64,000 nt of DNA from an uncultured Oscillospiraceae bacterium (GCA_949878425.1 CATLAL010000006.1:1075-65074), one strand, 5' to 3'. Positions 44,108-53,060 are shown, counted from the first letter of the stretch. Program-made: numbers and translations. Notes: generated by a model from the sequence alone, not told the origin.

Positions 44108-44525
44108 TGGACTCCCCCATGACGGACAGCAGCTTTTTCCCCACGCGGATAAACCGGGCGGCTTTTACCGCCCGCTCCACCTTGTCCCGCCGCTCCGGTT
44201 TGAGGAAGGGCCGCAGGGCATAGAGCAGCTGGAGGCGCTCATCCCCGCCGCTGTCGCCGCCCAATAGCTCCCCAGCCATCGGCAGCAGGCGCTCCAGCAG
44301 CTTAGGGTCCAGCTTGCCCAGCAGGTCGCCCAGGCCCGCCAGGCCGTCCAAGCCCCCCGGACCGCCTCCGGAGGGCGCAGACTCCCCTCCGGAGCGCTCC
44401 GTCTCCTCCCCGCCGGACTCCCCCTGGCCCCCGCCCAGATTTAAAGACTGGGCCAGGCTTGCAACCTGGGCCAGGGCATCCGGGTTGGACAGGATGGCAT
44501 TCAATTTTTCTTCGAATTCGCTCAC
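44100..44525 (-). CDS. Hypothetical protein (helical ends, Gly/Ser/Glu-rich centre)
   Basis: 141 aa. MSEFEEKLNAILSNPDALAQVASLAQSL...RLQLLYALRPFLKPERRDKVERAVKAARF. No catalytic motif recognised. Confidence 0.6.
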   Translation of the reverse strand: MSEFEEKLNAILSNPDALAQVASLAQSLNLGGGQGESGGEETERSGGESAPSGGGPGGLDGLAGLGDLLGKLDPKLLERLLPMAGELLGGDSGGDERLQLLYALRPFLKPERRDKVERAVKAARFIRVGKKLLSVMGESNV

Positions 44526-44577
44526 ATGCCGCCCCTCCTTCCCGGAGCCGCCAGGTCCCGCGCCTCCCGATTGGGCG

Positions 44578-44838
44578 CTACTTCTGCTCTAAGCTGCTGT
44601 TGAGCCGCTGGAGCAGCTCCGCGCCGCCGGGACTGCGTACAATGGATTGAATCAGCTGATTCAGCTGGGCGGTGTCTCCCTTGGCCGCCTTCTCCGCGAT
44701 GTGCTTGAGGGAGGCCTGATCCTGGCTGCGGGTCAATATGCTGGCCAGAGCCTTGGCGTCCGGCGATTTCGTCAGCTGCTCAATCGCCTTTTTGTCGCTG
44801 AGCAGCTGCTGGAGATTTGGTTGGTTGTTCTGTTTCAT
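44578..44838 (-). CDS. Small helical hypothetical protein
   Basis: Start MKQNNQPNLQQLL behind RBS gggaggg. 86 aa. Shares PDAxAL..L-type N-terminal wording with the 141 aa neighbour. Confidence 0.55.
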   Translation of the reverse strand: MKQNNQPNLQQLLSDKKAIEQLTKSPDAKALASILTRSQDQASLKHIAEKAAKGDTAQLNQLIQSIVRSPGGAELLQRLNSSLEQK

Positions 44839-45096
44839 ACCATGCCCTCCCATGTTGAGTTCCTTCCAGTATATGAGTGCAAACGCAAAAAAGTGCCCCT
44901 ATCCCAAAAAGGACAGCGCGGGCGCTGCCGTTCTCCCTATATCCGGAAAAACGGCGGCGCTCCCGCCGTCTCCGGCCGCGGTTTTTCCGCTCTTTTATGG
45001 GTATCTCGCTTATCTCCAGAATTTTATATTGAAATATGGGAAAATTTACAGTATACTCAAGCTGTAACCACCTATGAAACCAAACCGGGAGGGACT

Positions 45097-46395
45097 ATGA
45101 GCACCGTCATTACATCCATTGACCGCCGGTCCCCGGCGGAGCGGGCTGGGGTGCGCCCGGGGGAGCGGCTCCTCTCCATCGGCGGCCACGCCGTGGAGGA
45201 CGTGCTGGACTACCGCTTCTTCGGCTATGACCAGGACCCGGAGCTGGTGCTGGAGTCCCCAGGCGGCGTCCGCCGTACCCTGCGGGTGAAGAAGCCGGAG
45301 GCGGAGGACCTGGGCCTCAATTTCGACACCTACCTGATGGACGAGCCCCGGCCCTGCTCCAACCACTGCCTGTTCTGCTTCGTGGACCAGATGGCCCCCG
45401 GCTGCCGGGAGACTCTCTACTTTAAGGACGACGACGCCCGGCTCAGCTTCCTCATGGGCAACTATGTCACCCTCACCAACCTCTCCCCCCGGGAGGTGCG
45501 GCGGATCATTGACCTGCGCATCAGCCCCATCAACGTCTCCGTCCACGCCACGGACCCCAAGCTCCGCTCCGCCCTGCTGGGCAGCAGGGCCGGCGGGGAG
45601 AGCCTGGAGCACATGCGCGCCTTCGGCCAGGCGGGCATCGTGATGAACGGCCAGATCGTCCTCTGTCCCGGTTGGAACGACGGCCCACAGCTCCAGCGGA
45701 CCATGGAGGACATGGCCGCGTGGGGGTTCGCCAGCTGCTCCATCGTGCCGGTGGGGCTGACGAAGCACCGGGCGGGCCTGGCGGAGATCCGGCCTGTGGA
45801 CCGGGACTGCGCAAACGCCGTTATCGACCAGGCGGACGCCTTTGGCAAAATTTGCCTGGAGCGGTACGGGACCCGACTCTTCTTCTGCTCCGATGAGATG
45901 TACATCCGGGCGGGCCGGCCTCTGCCCGAGGAGGACTACTACGAGGGATACGTGCAGCTGGAAAACGGCGTGGGGCTGCTACGGAGCCTCATCGGCGAGT
46001 TCGAGGCCGGACTGCGGCTGGAGGAGGAGCCGGTAAGCGCCTCCCCCTACGCCATCGCCACCGGCGTCAGCGCGGCGCCCTTTCTGACGGATCTGGCGGA
46101 AAAGGCCCGGGAGAAAACCGGCGTCACGGGCCGGGTTTACGCCGTTCAAAACGACTTTTTCGGCCACAGCGTGGACGTGGCGGGTCTGGTCACCGGCGGC
46201 GACCTCATCGCCCAGCTGCAAGGGAAGGATCTGGGGCAGCGGCTGCTGATCCCGGTGAATATGCTCCGCCACGGCGGCGACGTGTTTTTGGACGACGTCC
46301 GTGTCCCCGACGTGGAGGCGGCTCTGGGCGTGCCGGTGACCGTGGTGGAGCAGGACGGCTTCGACCTGCTGGACGCCATGCTGGGGCGGAAATAG
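45097..46395 (+). CDS. DUF512-domain protein (PDZ plus radical-SAM-like fold)
   Basis: Start MSTVITSIDRRSPAERAGVRPGERLLSIGG (PDZ-like) behind RBS gggaggg. CSNHCLFCFVDQ cysteine motif. Precedes der, as is common in Firmicutes. Confidence 0.85.
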   Translation: MSTVITSIDRRSPAERAGVRPGERLLSIGGHAVEDVLDYRFFGYDQDPELVLESPGGVRRTLRVKKPEAEDLGLNFDTYLMDEPRPCSNHCLFCFVDQMAPGCRETLYFKDDDARLSFLMGNYVTLTNLSPREVRRIIDLRISPINVSVHATDPKLRSALLGSRAGGESLEHMRAFGQAGIVMNGQIVLCPGWNDGPQLQRTMEDMAAWGFASCSIVPVGLTKHRAGLAEIRPVDRDCANAVIDQADAFGKICLERYGTRLFFCSDEMYIRAGRPLPEEDYYEGYVQLENGVGLLRSLIGEFEAGLRLEEEPVSASPYAIATGVSAAPFLTDLAEKAREKTGVTGRVYAVQNDFFGHSVDVAGLVTGGDLIAQLQGKDLGQRLLIPVNMLRHGGDVFLDDVRVPDVEAALGVPVTVVEQDGFDLLDAMLGRK

Positions 46396-46638
46396 CTACA
46401 GAAGCTCCAGCAGGAGGGACGCCCCCAGGCGAAAGCCCTCCCGAAACCACTCCAGGTTGGAGACAAGCTCCAGGTCGGCCTGCCGGCCGGTCAGCCGGTC
46501 GGATTCCTCCCGGGTGAGGCCGGCCATGAGCTGATTCTGGAGGGCGGCCTCCAGCCGCCGGGCCTCCCAGTACTCCGGCGAGGGTTCGTGGGCTTCTATG
46601 AAGTGGTTGATATAGAGGTCTTTTAGGATATCTTTCAT
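46396..46638 (-). CDS. Small hypothetical protein (DUF6809-like by recollection)
   Basis: 80 aa. MKDILKDLYINHFIE...LELVSNLEWFREGFRLGASLLLELL. Divergent from an XRE gene. RBS aggaggaa upstream. Confidence 0.55.
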   Translation of the reverse strand: MKDILKDLYINHFIEAHEPSPEYWEARRLEAALQNQLMAGLTREESDRLTGRQADLELVSNLEWFREGFRLGASLLLELL

Positions 46639-46743
46639 TGGAAATTCCTCCTATTTTTAATTGACAGTATCTAGTATACACCAAAGCTTTTGGGTAGCCA
46701 ATAGATATGCCCCAAAATTTTGACGTAGTTGAAACAGGGAGCT

Positions 46744-46962
46744 ATGGAGCATTCAGAAAATATATTGCGAATCATGGATGAGCGGGGTGTCACGTCTTAC
46801 CGGATGGCTAAAGAAACCGGAATTTCTGAGAGTCTGTTCGGCGCTTGGCGGAAAAAGCCTACCTCGAAGATTTATTCCTGCAATCTGGTATTGATTGCTC
46901 AGTATCTCGGGTGCTCGGTGGATTATCTGCTGGGACTCAGTGACGATCCGTCCCCCCGCTGA
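46744..46962 (+). CDS. XRE-family helix-turn-helix protein
   Basis: ILRIMDERGVTSYRMAKETGISESLFGAWRKK...IAQYLGCSVDYLLGLSDD. Start uncertain (ATG 46744 or TTG 46729). Confidence 0.75.
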   Translation: MEHSENILRIMDERGVTSYRMAKETGISESLFGAWRKKPTSKIYSCNLVLIAQYLGCSVDYLLGLSDDPSPR

Positions 46963-46965
46963 GAT

Positions 46966-47091
46966 AGTGCCTATCTGCACGGCAGCCCCGGGGCTCACGC
47001 CGCCCCCGTGGGCCGCCTACGGCGGCCAGCGGGGGGCGCTTAGCCCCCGCCCGGGGGTGAAACCCCCGGGACTATCGAGCAGATAGGCACT
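46966..47091. repeat. 126 bp GC-rich element closed by a 13 bp terminal inverted repeat
   Basis: AGTGCCTATCTGC (46966-46978) ... GCAGATAGGCACT (47079-47091). Internal hairpins GGCCGCCtacGGCGGCC and CCCGGGGGtgaaaCCCCCGGG. Shares CGTGGGCCG / GGCCGCC-type modules with 49130-49190 and 40360-40440. Confidence 0.55.
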
Positions 47092-47126
47092 TGCCACAAT
47101 ACGAAAAACGGAATGGAGAACAACCC

Positions 47127-48455
47127 ATGCCAAAGCCAATTGTCGCCATTGTGGGCCGGCCCAACGTGGGCAAATCAGCCCTCTTCAACAAGCTCATCGG
47201 CCAGCGGCTGTCCATCGTGGAGGACACTCCCGGGGTCACCCGGGACCGCATCTACGGGGAGACCGACTGGAACGGGCGGAAGTTCACCCTCATCGATACC
47301 GGGGGCATCGAGCCCAGGACTGACAGCGAGATCCTCACCTTCATGCGGGAGCAGGCGGGCATCGCCATCAGCCACGCGGACGTGATCGTCTTTCTCACCG
47401 ACATCCGGACGGGGCTGACCGCCTCGGACCAGGAGGTGGCGGGCATACTGCAAAAAAGCGGCAAGCCCATCGTTCTGGCGGTGAACAAGATGGACTCCAC
47501 CGGGCCGGTGGACCCGGACTTCTACGAGTTCTACAACCTGGGCCTGGGGGACCCCATCGCCGTCTCCGCGGTCCACGGCCACGGTACCGGCGACCTGCTG
47601 GACGCCTGCGTGGCCTATTTCCCGCCGGAGGACGGCGAGGAGGACGACGCCGACCGAATCCAGGTTGCCATCATCGGCAAGCCCAACGTGGGCAAGAGCT
47701 CCCTCACCAACCGGATTCTGGGAGAGAATCGGACCATTGTCAGCGACGTGGCCGGCACCACCCGGGACGCAATCGACTCCTACTTTGAAAACGAGACCGG
47801 CAAATACGTCTTTATCGACACCGCCGGCATGCGGAAAAAGGCCAAGGTGGACGAGTCCATTGAGCGCTACAGCGTCCTCCGGGCCCAGATGGCCATTGAG
47901 CGCTCCGACGTGTGCCTCATCCTCATCGACGCCCAGGACGGCGTCACGGAGCAGGACACCAAGGTGGCGGGCCTGGCCCACGAGGCCGGCAAGGCCTGCG
48001 TCATCGTGGTCAACAAGTGGGACCTCATCGAGAAGGACGGCAAGACCATGGACCGGATGCGCGAGGAGATCCGCCGGGACCTGGCCTATATGACCTACGC
48101 CCCTATCCTCTTTATCTCCGCGGCCACGGGCCAGCGGGTGGACCGCCTCTTTGAGCTGATCCAGTATGTGAACAACCAGGCCTCCACCCGCATTACCACC
48201 GGCATGCTCAACTCCGTCCTGGCGGATGCCCAGACCCGGGTCCAGCCCCCTACCGACAAGGGCCGGCGGCTGAAAATCTATTACATGACCCAGGCGGGGA
48301 TCAAGCCCCCCCACTTCGTCTGCTTCTGCAACGACGCCAGGCTCTTCCACTTCTCCTACCAGCGGTATCTGGAGAACCAGATCCGAAGCGTATTCGGCCT
48401 GGAGGGCACCCCGGTGAAGATGACGATTCGAGAAAAGGGAGATAAGGAGGTTTGA
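47127..48455 (+). CDS. der: Ribosome biogenesis GTPase Der (EngA)
   Basis: Two GTPase domains (GRPNVGKSALFN and GKPNVGKSSLTN) plus a KH-like C-terminus. Start MPKPIVAIVG. Confidence 0.93.
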   Translation: MPKPIVAIVGRPNVGKSALFNKLIGQRLSIVEDTPGVTRDRIYGETDWNGRKFTLIDTGGIEPRTDSEILTFMREQAGIAISHADVIVFLTDIRTGLTASDQEVAGILQKSGKPIVLAVNKMDSTGPVDPDFYEFYNLGLGDPIAVSAVHGHGTGDLLDACVAYFPPEDGEEDDADRIQVAIIGKPNVGKSSLTNRILGENRTIVSDVAGTTRDAIDSYFENETGKYVFIDTAGMRKKAKVDESIERYSVLRAQMAIERSDVCLILIDAQDGVTEQDTKVAGLAHEAGKACVIVVNKWDLIEKDGKTMDRMREEIRRDLAYMTYAPILFISAATGQRVDRLFELIQYVNNQASTRITTGMLNSVLADAQTRVQPPTDKGRRLKIYYMTQAGIKPPHFVCFCNDARLFHFSYQRYLENQIRSVFGLEGTPVKMTIREKGDKEV

Positions 48456-48458
48456 GCT

Positions 48459-49115
48459 ATGCCTATGAATGAGAGCCTTTTCTGGCTGAAATTTGCCGCC
48501 GTTTTTTTGCTTCCCGTTGCGCTGGAGGCGTACTTCTGCGGCTGCTTCAACGGGGCGGTAATCGTCTCCAAGTATATCCTGCGGGACGATGTGCGCGGCC
48601 ACGGCAGCGGCAACGCCGGCCTCACCAATTTCTACCGTACCTTCGGCGGGCCGCTGACCCTGGTTGTGATCCTCACGGACGTGCTCAAGGCCATCGTCGC
48701 GATCTGGCTGGGCGTCCTGTGGATGGGGCAGCTCCCCAACGGGGATATTCTGGCCAAGTACTGGGCGGGCCTGTTCTGCCTGCTGGGGCATATGTTCCCC
48801 TGCATGTTTCAGTTCAAGGGCGGCAAGGGGATCCTCTCCGGCGGCGCCATCGCCCTGATGATGGATTGGCGGGTTGCCCTGGTGGTATGGGGCGGGTTTC
48901 TGCTGCTGGCAGTGCTGACCAAATACGTTTCCCTGGGTTCCCTGTGGGCCGGGGCCAGCTTCCCCTTTATCAGCTGGTACTGCTATCCCTACTGGGAGAT
49001 CATGGTTCTGGCCTTCCTCATCGGCGCTCTGGTCGTCTGGCAGCACCGGGCCAACATCAAGCGTCTGCTCAGCGGCACGGAGAGCAAATTCCATCTGCAT
49101 AAGAAAAAAGGATAA
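48459..49115 (+). CDS. plsY: Glycerol-3-phosphate acyltransferase PlsY
   Basis: 218 aa membrane protein with GSGNAGLTN and FKGGKG motifs. Confidence 0.9.
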   Translation: MPMNESLFWLKFAAVFLLPVALEAYFCGCFNGAVIVSKYILRDDVRGHGSGNAGLTNFYRTFGGPLTLVVILTDVLKAIVAIWLGVLWMGQLPNGDILAKYWAGLFCLLGHMFPCMFQFKGGKGILSGGAIALMMDWRVALVVWGGFLLLAVLTKYVSLGSLWAGASFPFISWYCYPYWEIMVLAFLIGALVVWQHRANIKRLLSGTESKFHLHKKKG

Positions 49116-49119
49116 GCGG

Positions 49120-49236
49120 AACTTCGTTTCTCCGTGGGCCGGCTCCGCCGGCTCAGGCCTGGGGCCGCCATAGGCGGCCTAACGGCGCAAAAATTTCTTT
49201 TTGATACTTTTTCTTTTAAGAAAAAGTATGTATGCC
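49120..49236 (+). repeat. Partial modular repeat between plsY and gpsA
   Basis: CGTGGGCCGGCTCCGCCGGCTCAGGCCTGGGGCCGCCataGGCGGCCTAACGGCGC followed by TTTCTTTTTGATACTTTTTCTTttAAGAAAAAGTATGTATGCC, ending 20 nt before the gpsA ATG. Confidence 0.6.
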
Positions 49237-49255
49237 TTATAAAGGAGGTCTGCGC

Positions 49256-50257
49256 ATGCGCATCACAGTACTGGGCAGCGGCGGCTGGGGGACGGCGCTG
49301 GCGCTTCTGCTGCTGGACAATGGCAGCGCCGTGACGCTCTGGTCCCACCGGCGGGAGGCGGCGGAAGCCATGGCCCAAACGCGGGAGAATCCCCGGCTGG
49401 CGGGGGTGGAGCTGCCGCGGGAGCTGGTTCTTACATCGTCTATGGAGTCCCTGGAGGAGAGCGAGCTGGTGGTGCTTGCCACGCCCTCCTTTGCCGTGCG
49501 GGAGACCGCCCGGCTGGCCGCCCCGTACCTGCATCCGGGGACTATTCTGGTTTCGGCGGCAAAGGGCATTGAGAAGGACACCGCTCTGCGGATGACGGAG
49601 GTCATCGAGCAGGAGACCCTGTCCGCCTGTCCGACAGCCGCGCTTTCGGGCCCCTCCCACGCAGAGGAGGTGGGACGGCGCAGCCCAACTGGCTGTGTGG
49701 CGGCGGCCCGGGACCCGGCGGTGGCCCGGCAGGTTCAGGACATCTTTATGAATCCCCGATTCCGGGTGTACACGAACGAGGACGTGGTGGGCGTGGAGCT
49801 GGGCGGAGCGCTGAAAAACGTTCTGGCCCTGTGCTGCGGCGTTTGCGACGGCATGGGGCTGGGGGACAATGCCAAGGCCCTGCTCATGACCAGAGGTATG
49901 ACCGAGATGGCCCGTCTGGGGGTAGCCCTGGGCGGCCGGAAGGAGACCTTTGCCGGTCTCAGCGGCATGGGCGATCTGATCGTCACGTGTACCTCCAGGC
50001 ACTCCAGAAACCGCCGCTGCGGCGTCCTCATTGGAGAGGGCCTGGGGGCCCAGGCGGCCATAGAGAAGGTGGGCGCCGTAGTGGAGGGATACTTTGCCGC
50101 CCTCAGCGCCCACCAGCTGGCGGAGCAGTCCGGAGTGGAGATGCCGATCTGCCGCTGCGCCTACGAGGTGCTCTACCAGGGCCAACCCCTCTCCAGCGCA
50201 GTGGAGCGTCTTATGGGCCGGAGCAGGCGGCATGAGGTAGATGAGAGCTGGATCTAG
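49256..50257 (+). CDS. gpsA: NAD(P)H-dependent glycerol-3-phosphate dehydrogenase
   Basis: Start MRITVLGSGGWGTALA (Rossmann) behind RBS aaaggagg. GALKNVLAL motif. Confidence 0.92.
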   Translation: MRITVLGSGGWGTALALLLLDNGSAVTLWSHRREAAEAMAQTRENPRLAGVELPRELVLTSSMESLEESELVVLATPSFAVRETARLAAPYLHPGTILVSAAKGIEKDTALRMTEVIEQETLSACPTAALSGPSHAEEVGRRSPTGCVAAARDPAVARQVQDIFMNPRFRVYTNEDVVGVELGGALKNVLALCCGVCDGMGLGDNAKALLMTRGMTEMARLGVALGGRKETFAGLSGMGDLIVTCTSRHSRNRRCGVLIGEGLGAQAAIEKVGAVVEGYFAALSAHQLAEQSGVEMPICRCAYEVLYQGQPLSSAVERLMGRSRRHEVDESWI

Positions 50258-50331
50258 GCGCTGCGTGTTGACATTTTTCAAGCAAGCCCCCTAAGCGAGG
50301 ATTGTTTTCACATTGGAAGGAGGAAGCTGTT

Positions 50332-50457
50332 ATGCTGAAAAAAGCGCGTATCATTACCATGATCGTTCTGGCCGCTTCGGCGGTGCTTACCGCCGGACTG
50401 ACCGTGGCAAGCCTGGTCCTGGCCTGCCTGGACTTAAGCCGCCGCGGCAGGCGCTGA
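50332..50457 (+). CDS. Candidate 41 aa single-pass membrane peptide
   Basis: Below the ORF-track size cutoff. RBS ggaaggagga, 8 nt spacer, ATG. MLKKARIITMIVLAASAVLTAGLTVASLVLACLDLSRRGRR. A strong terminator follows directly. Confidence 0.4.
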   Translation: MLKKARIITMIVLAASAVLTAGLTVASLVLACLDLSRRGRR

Positions 50458-50500
50458 AAAGGAAAGCGGGAGATCACTTGATCTCCCGCTTTCCTTTTCA
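50458..50500 (+). terminator. Intrinsic terminator
   Basis: AAGGAAAGCGGGAGATCA-ct-TGATCTCCCGCTTTCCTT followed by TTCAGTTTG. Confidence 0.65.
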
Positions 50501-50589
50501 GTTTGTCAAAAAACCGTCCTGTTTTTTTCGCGTAGTAGCGGAACGGGCGGCGAACCGCAGATCACCGCCCGTTCAATTTGGACGTATTG

Positions 50590-50801
50590 TATAGTCAACG
50601 CAGTTGAAAACGAGTACATGTTGGGCTCCGCCCCGTGGGCCGCGCTCTGCGCGGCTTAGGCTGGAGCGGCCTCTGGCCGCCTAACGCCAACCCCGCTGGA
50701 GCAGTCGTTGGGCCGCAGGCCCAATGACGCGAGCAAGACCCCACCGCCCTTGTGATTGTGCAATGGCCGCATCCGTGGGCCGTCCTTCGGACGGCTTAGC
50801 G
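50590..50801 (+). repeat. Truncated second copy of the CAGTTGA-family element
   Basis: About 203 bp from CGCAGTTGAAAACGAGTACATGTTGGGCTCCG to GGACGGCTTAGCG align with 40344-40546. I count 5 mismatches by eye. It lacks the 3' terminal inverted repeat. Confidence 0.8.
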
Positions 50802-50830
50802 TATCGGCGGTACTGGACTGCGCCTCTCCG

Positions 50831-51502
50831 CTACACGCCGCAGCAGCGCCGGAGCACCGTGCGCAGGAAGAAATTCCCCGTCAGGCAGGGCAGCACAAAC
50901 CCGATGAGCAGCAGGTACAGCCCGCTGAGGGGGAACAGCAGCACCGCCGCCGCCAGGGGGACCCAGGTACAAAGGGCTGCCAGCAGGGACCGGAGGGGCT
51001 TGCCGCCCCCCAGGAGCAGCGCCAGGCGCAGGGCCTCCTTCAGGGGTCTCCCCTCCCCCATCAGGCCGTACAGATAGCCTGCCGACAGCACCGCCTCCAG
51101 AAACACGGTGGAGCAAAAGACAAAGGGCACGTAGAACAGGGGATTTTCCGCCGCATAGCCCAGGTAGAACCACATGCCGAAACCGGCGCAGACCAGCGGC
51201 AGGGCCACCAGAAAGAACGCCCCGTAGGAGCGCCCAAAATTCTCCCGGAACGACTGGGCATAGTGGCGCAGGCAGCGCACCGGCTGGTCCTTAATCATCC
51301 GGCGGACCACCTGGTTCATAGCGAACAAGGCCGGAGGAATGGTGACAAGGGGGATGCAGCTGAGCACAAAGAGCAGATTCAGCTTCAGGATCGCGGCGCA
51401 CTCCTGGCCCAGAATCTCCAGGAAGCGGGCCGGGCCGGTCTTCTCCGGCGCCTCGGACGTTTCATCCAGCTCTTCCAGGGGCTCCAACTCGTCTGTCGGC
51501 AT
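50831..51502 (-). CDS. YesL-like (DUF624) membrane protein
   Basis: 223 aa. LKLNLLFVLSCIPLVTIPPALFAMNQVVRRM plus further TM segments fit DUF624 as I recall it. Confidence 0.65.
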   Translation of the reverse strand: MPTDELEPLEELDETSEAPEKTGPARFLEILGQECAAILKLNLLFVLSCIPLVTIPPALFAMNQVVRRMIKDQPVRCLRHYAQSFRENFGRSYGAFFLVALPLVCAGFGMWFYLGYAAENPLFYVPFVFCSTVFLEAVLSAGYLYGLMGEGRPLKEALRLALLLGGGKPLRSLLAALCTWVPLAAAVLLFPLSGLYLLLIGFVLPCLTGNFFLRTVLRRCCGV

Positions 51503-51532
51503 AGGGAGACCTCCTCTCGCAAATCACGTTGA

Positions 51533-52882
51533 TTACAGGCCCAGCACACGGGACGCCACGGCAAAGTACACCAGCAGGCTTAGCGCGTCCACTACCGTGG
51601 TAATAAACGGCGAGGCCATCACCGCCGGGTCAAATCCCAGCCGCTTAGCCAGCATGGGCAGCGTACAGCCCACCAGCTTGGCGATGCACACGGTGAAAAA
51701 CACCGTCAGCGCCACCACTAGGGCCACCTGGGGGCTCTGCCGGTCCAGCAGCAGTGCCTTGGCCAGCACCGCCGCAAAGAGGGTGGCCGCGCAGAGCAGG
51801 GCCGTGCACAGCTCCTTCCACAGCACCTTGGGAAGGTCCCGGAACTCCACCTCATTCAGGGACAGGGCGCGAATCACGGTCACGGACGCCTGGCTGCCGC
51901 AGTTGCCGCCGGTATCCATCAGCATGGGAATAAAGATGGTCAGCGCCGCGTAGGAGGCCAGGGCCCCCTCAAAGCTGGCGATAATGGTGCCGGTAAAGGT
52001 GGCGGAGACCATCAGCAGCAGCAGCCAGGGGATGCGGCTGCGCCAGAGCCGAAAGGGGCTGGTAAGCATGTAGGGCTTCTCGGAGGGAGTGATGGCCGCC
52101 ATCTTCTCAATATCCTCCGTGGCCTCCTCCTCCATAACATCCATGACATCGTCAAAGGTGATGATTCCAATCACCCGGTTCTCCCCGTCCACCACCGGCA
52201 GAGCGGAGAGGTCGTACTTGCTGAAGAGTTGGGCCACGTCCTCCTTGTCCTCGCTGGTGCGGGCGGAGATGACGTTGGTCTCCATAATATCCGCGATGCG
52301 GGTCTCATAGCTGCTCAGCAGCAGGCGGCGGACCGTCACCACCCCTACGAGCGCCCTGTTTTCCGTGACATAGCAGGTGTAGACCGTCTCCTTGTCCAAC
52401 CCCTCCCGGCGGATGCGGGCAAAGGACTCCTCCACCGTGGCGCTGGGGTGGAGGGTGATGAACTCCGTGGTCATAATGGACCCCGCGCTGTCCTTTGGGT
52501 AGTTGAGCAGCTGGTTGATCTGGCTGCGGGTGGAGGAGTCTGTATTGCGGAGAATCCGGGAGACCACGTTTGCGGGCATGTCCTCAATGATATCCACCGC
52601 GTCGTCCAGATAGATCTCCTCCATCACCTCCCGCAGCTCCCTGTCGCTGAGGGCTCCGATCAGCTGCTCCTGGTCCTCGCTGTCCTCCAGGTAGGTAAAC
52701 ACCTCCGCCGCCAGCTCCCTGGGCAGAAGCCGAAAGACGATGGCCCGCTGCTCCCCCTCCAGCTCATCCAGAAATTCGGCAATGTCCACCTCGTTCATCT
52801 CCACAAGGAGCTCCTTCAGCTGGCGGAACTTCTTCTCCTCCGCCAGGGCCGTCAGCCGCTCCAGGCTGTATGTCTCATGCAT
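51533..52882 (-). CDS. mgtE: Magnesium transporter MgtE
   Basis: Start MHETYSLERL behind RBS ggagaggagg. N-domain, tandem CBS, and TM domain with PMLMDTGGNCGSQAS. Confidence 0.9.
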   Translation of the reverse strand: MHETYSLERLTALAEEKKFRQLKELLVEMNEVDIAEFLDELEGEQRAIVFRLLPRELAAEVFTYLEDSEDQEQLIGALSDRELREVMEEIYLDDAVDIIEDMPANVVSRILRNTDSSTRSQINQLLNYPKDSAGSIMTTEFITLHPSATVEESFARIRREGLDKETVYTCYVTENRALVGVVTVRRLLLSSYETRIADIMETNVISARTSEDKEDVAQLFSKYDLSALPVVDGENRVIGIITFDDVMDVMEEEATEDIEKMAAITPSEKPYMLTSPFRLWRSRIPWLLLLMVSATFTGTIIASFEGALASYAALTIFIPMLMDTGGNCGSQASVTVIRALSLNEVEFRDLPKVLWKELCTALLCAATLFAAVLAKALLLDRQSPQVALVVALTVFFTVCIAKLVGCTLPMLAKRLGFDPAVMASPFITTVVDALSLLVYFAVASRVLGL

Positions 52883-53021
52883 AGGACCGTCCTCCTCTCC
52901 TGCCGTGCGCCGCTCCCGGCGCTTCTGCTTTCTTAACTGTATCATAACAGAGTTTACCGCAAAAAACAACCCTGCCAAAGCTGGGAATATATCGCTTCCG
53001 CAGTTAAAAAGCATAACGCCC

Positions 53022-53060
53022 AAGGGCCTGCCGCCTGTGGATGACAGGCGGCAGGCCCTT
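53022..53060 (-). terminator. Hairpin after gpmI
   Basis: AAGGGCCTGCCGCCTGT-ggatg-ACAGGCGGCAGGCCCTT (17 bp stem). Confidence 0.6.

Noticed and set aside
7439-49236. Could the recurring hairpin modules be a CRISPR array?
   Set aside because: Copies are scattered over 40 kb in separate intergenic regions and in both orientations. They lack regular repeat-spacer periodicity, and no cas genes are present.
52883-53021. Looked for an M-box (Mg2+) riboswitch upstream of mgtE.
   Set aside because: The spacer is only about 140 bp. It contains the gpmI terminator and a promoter-like TGTTATGAT, and nothing resembling the roughly 160 nt multi-helix M-box.
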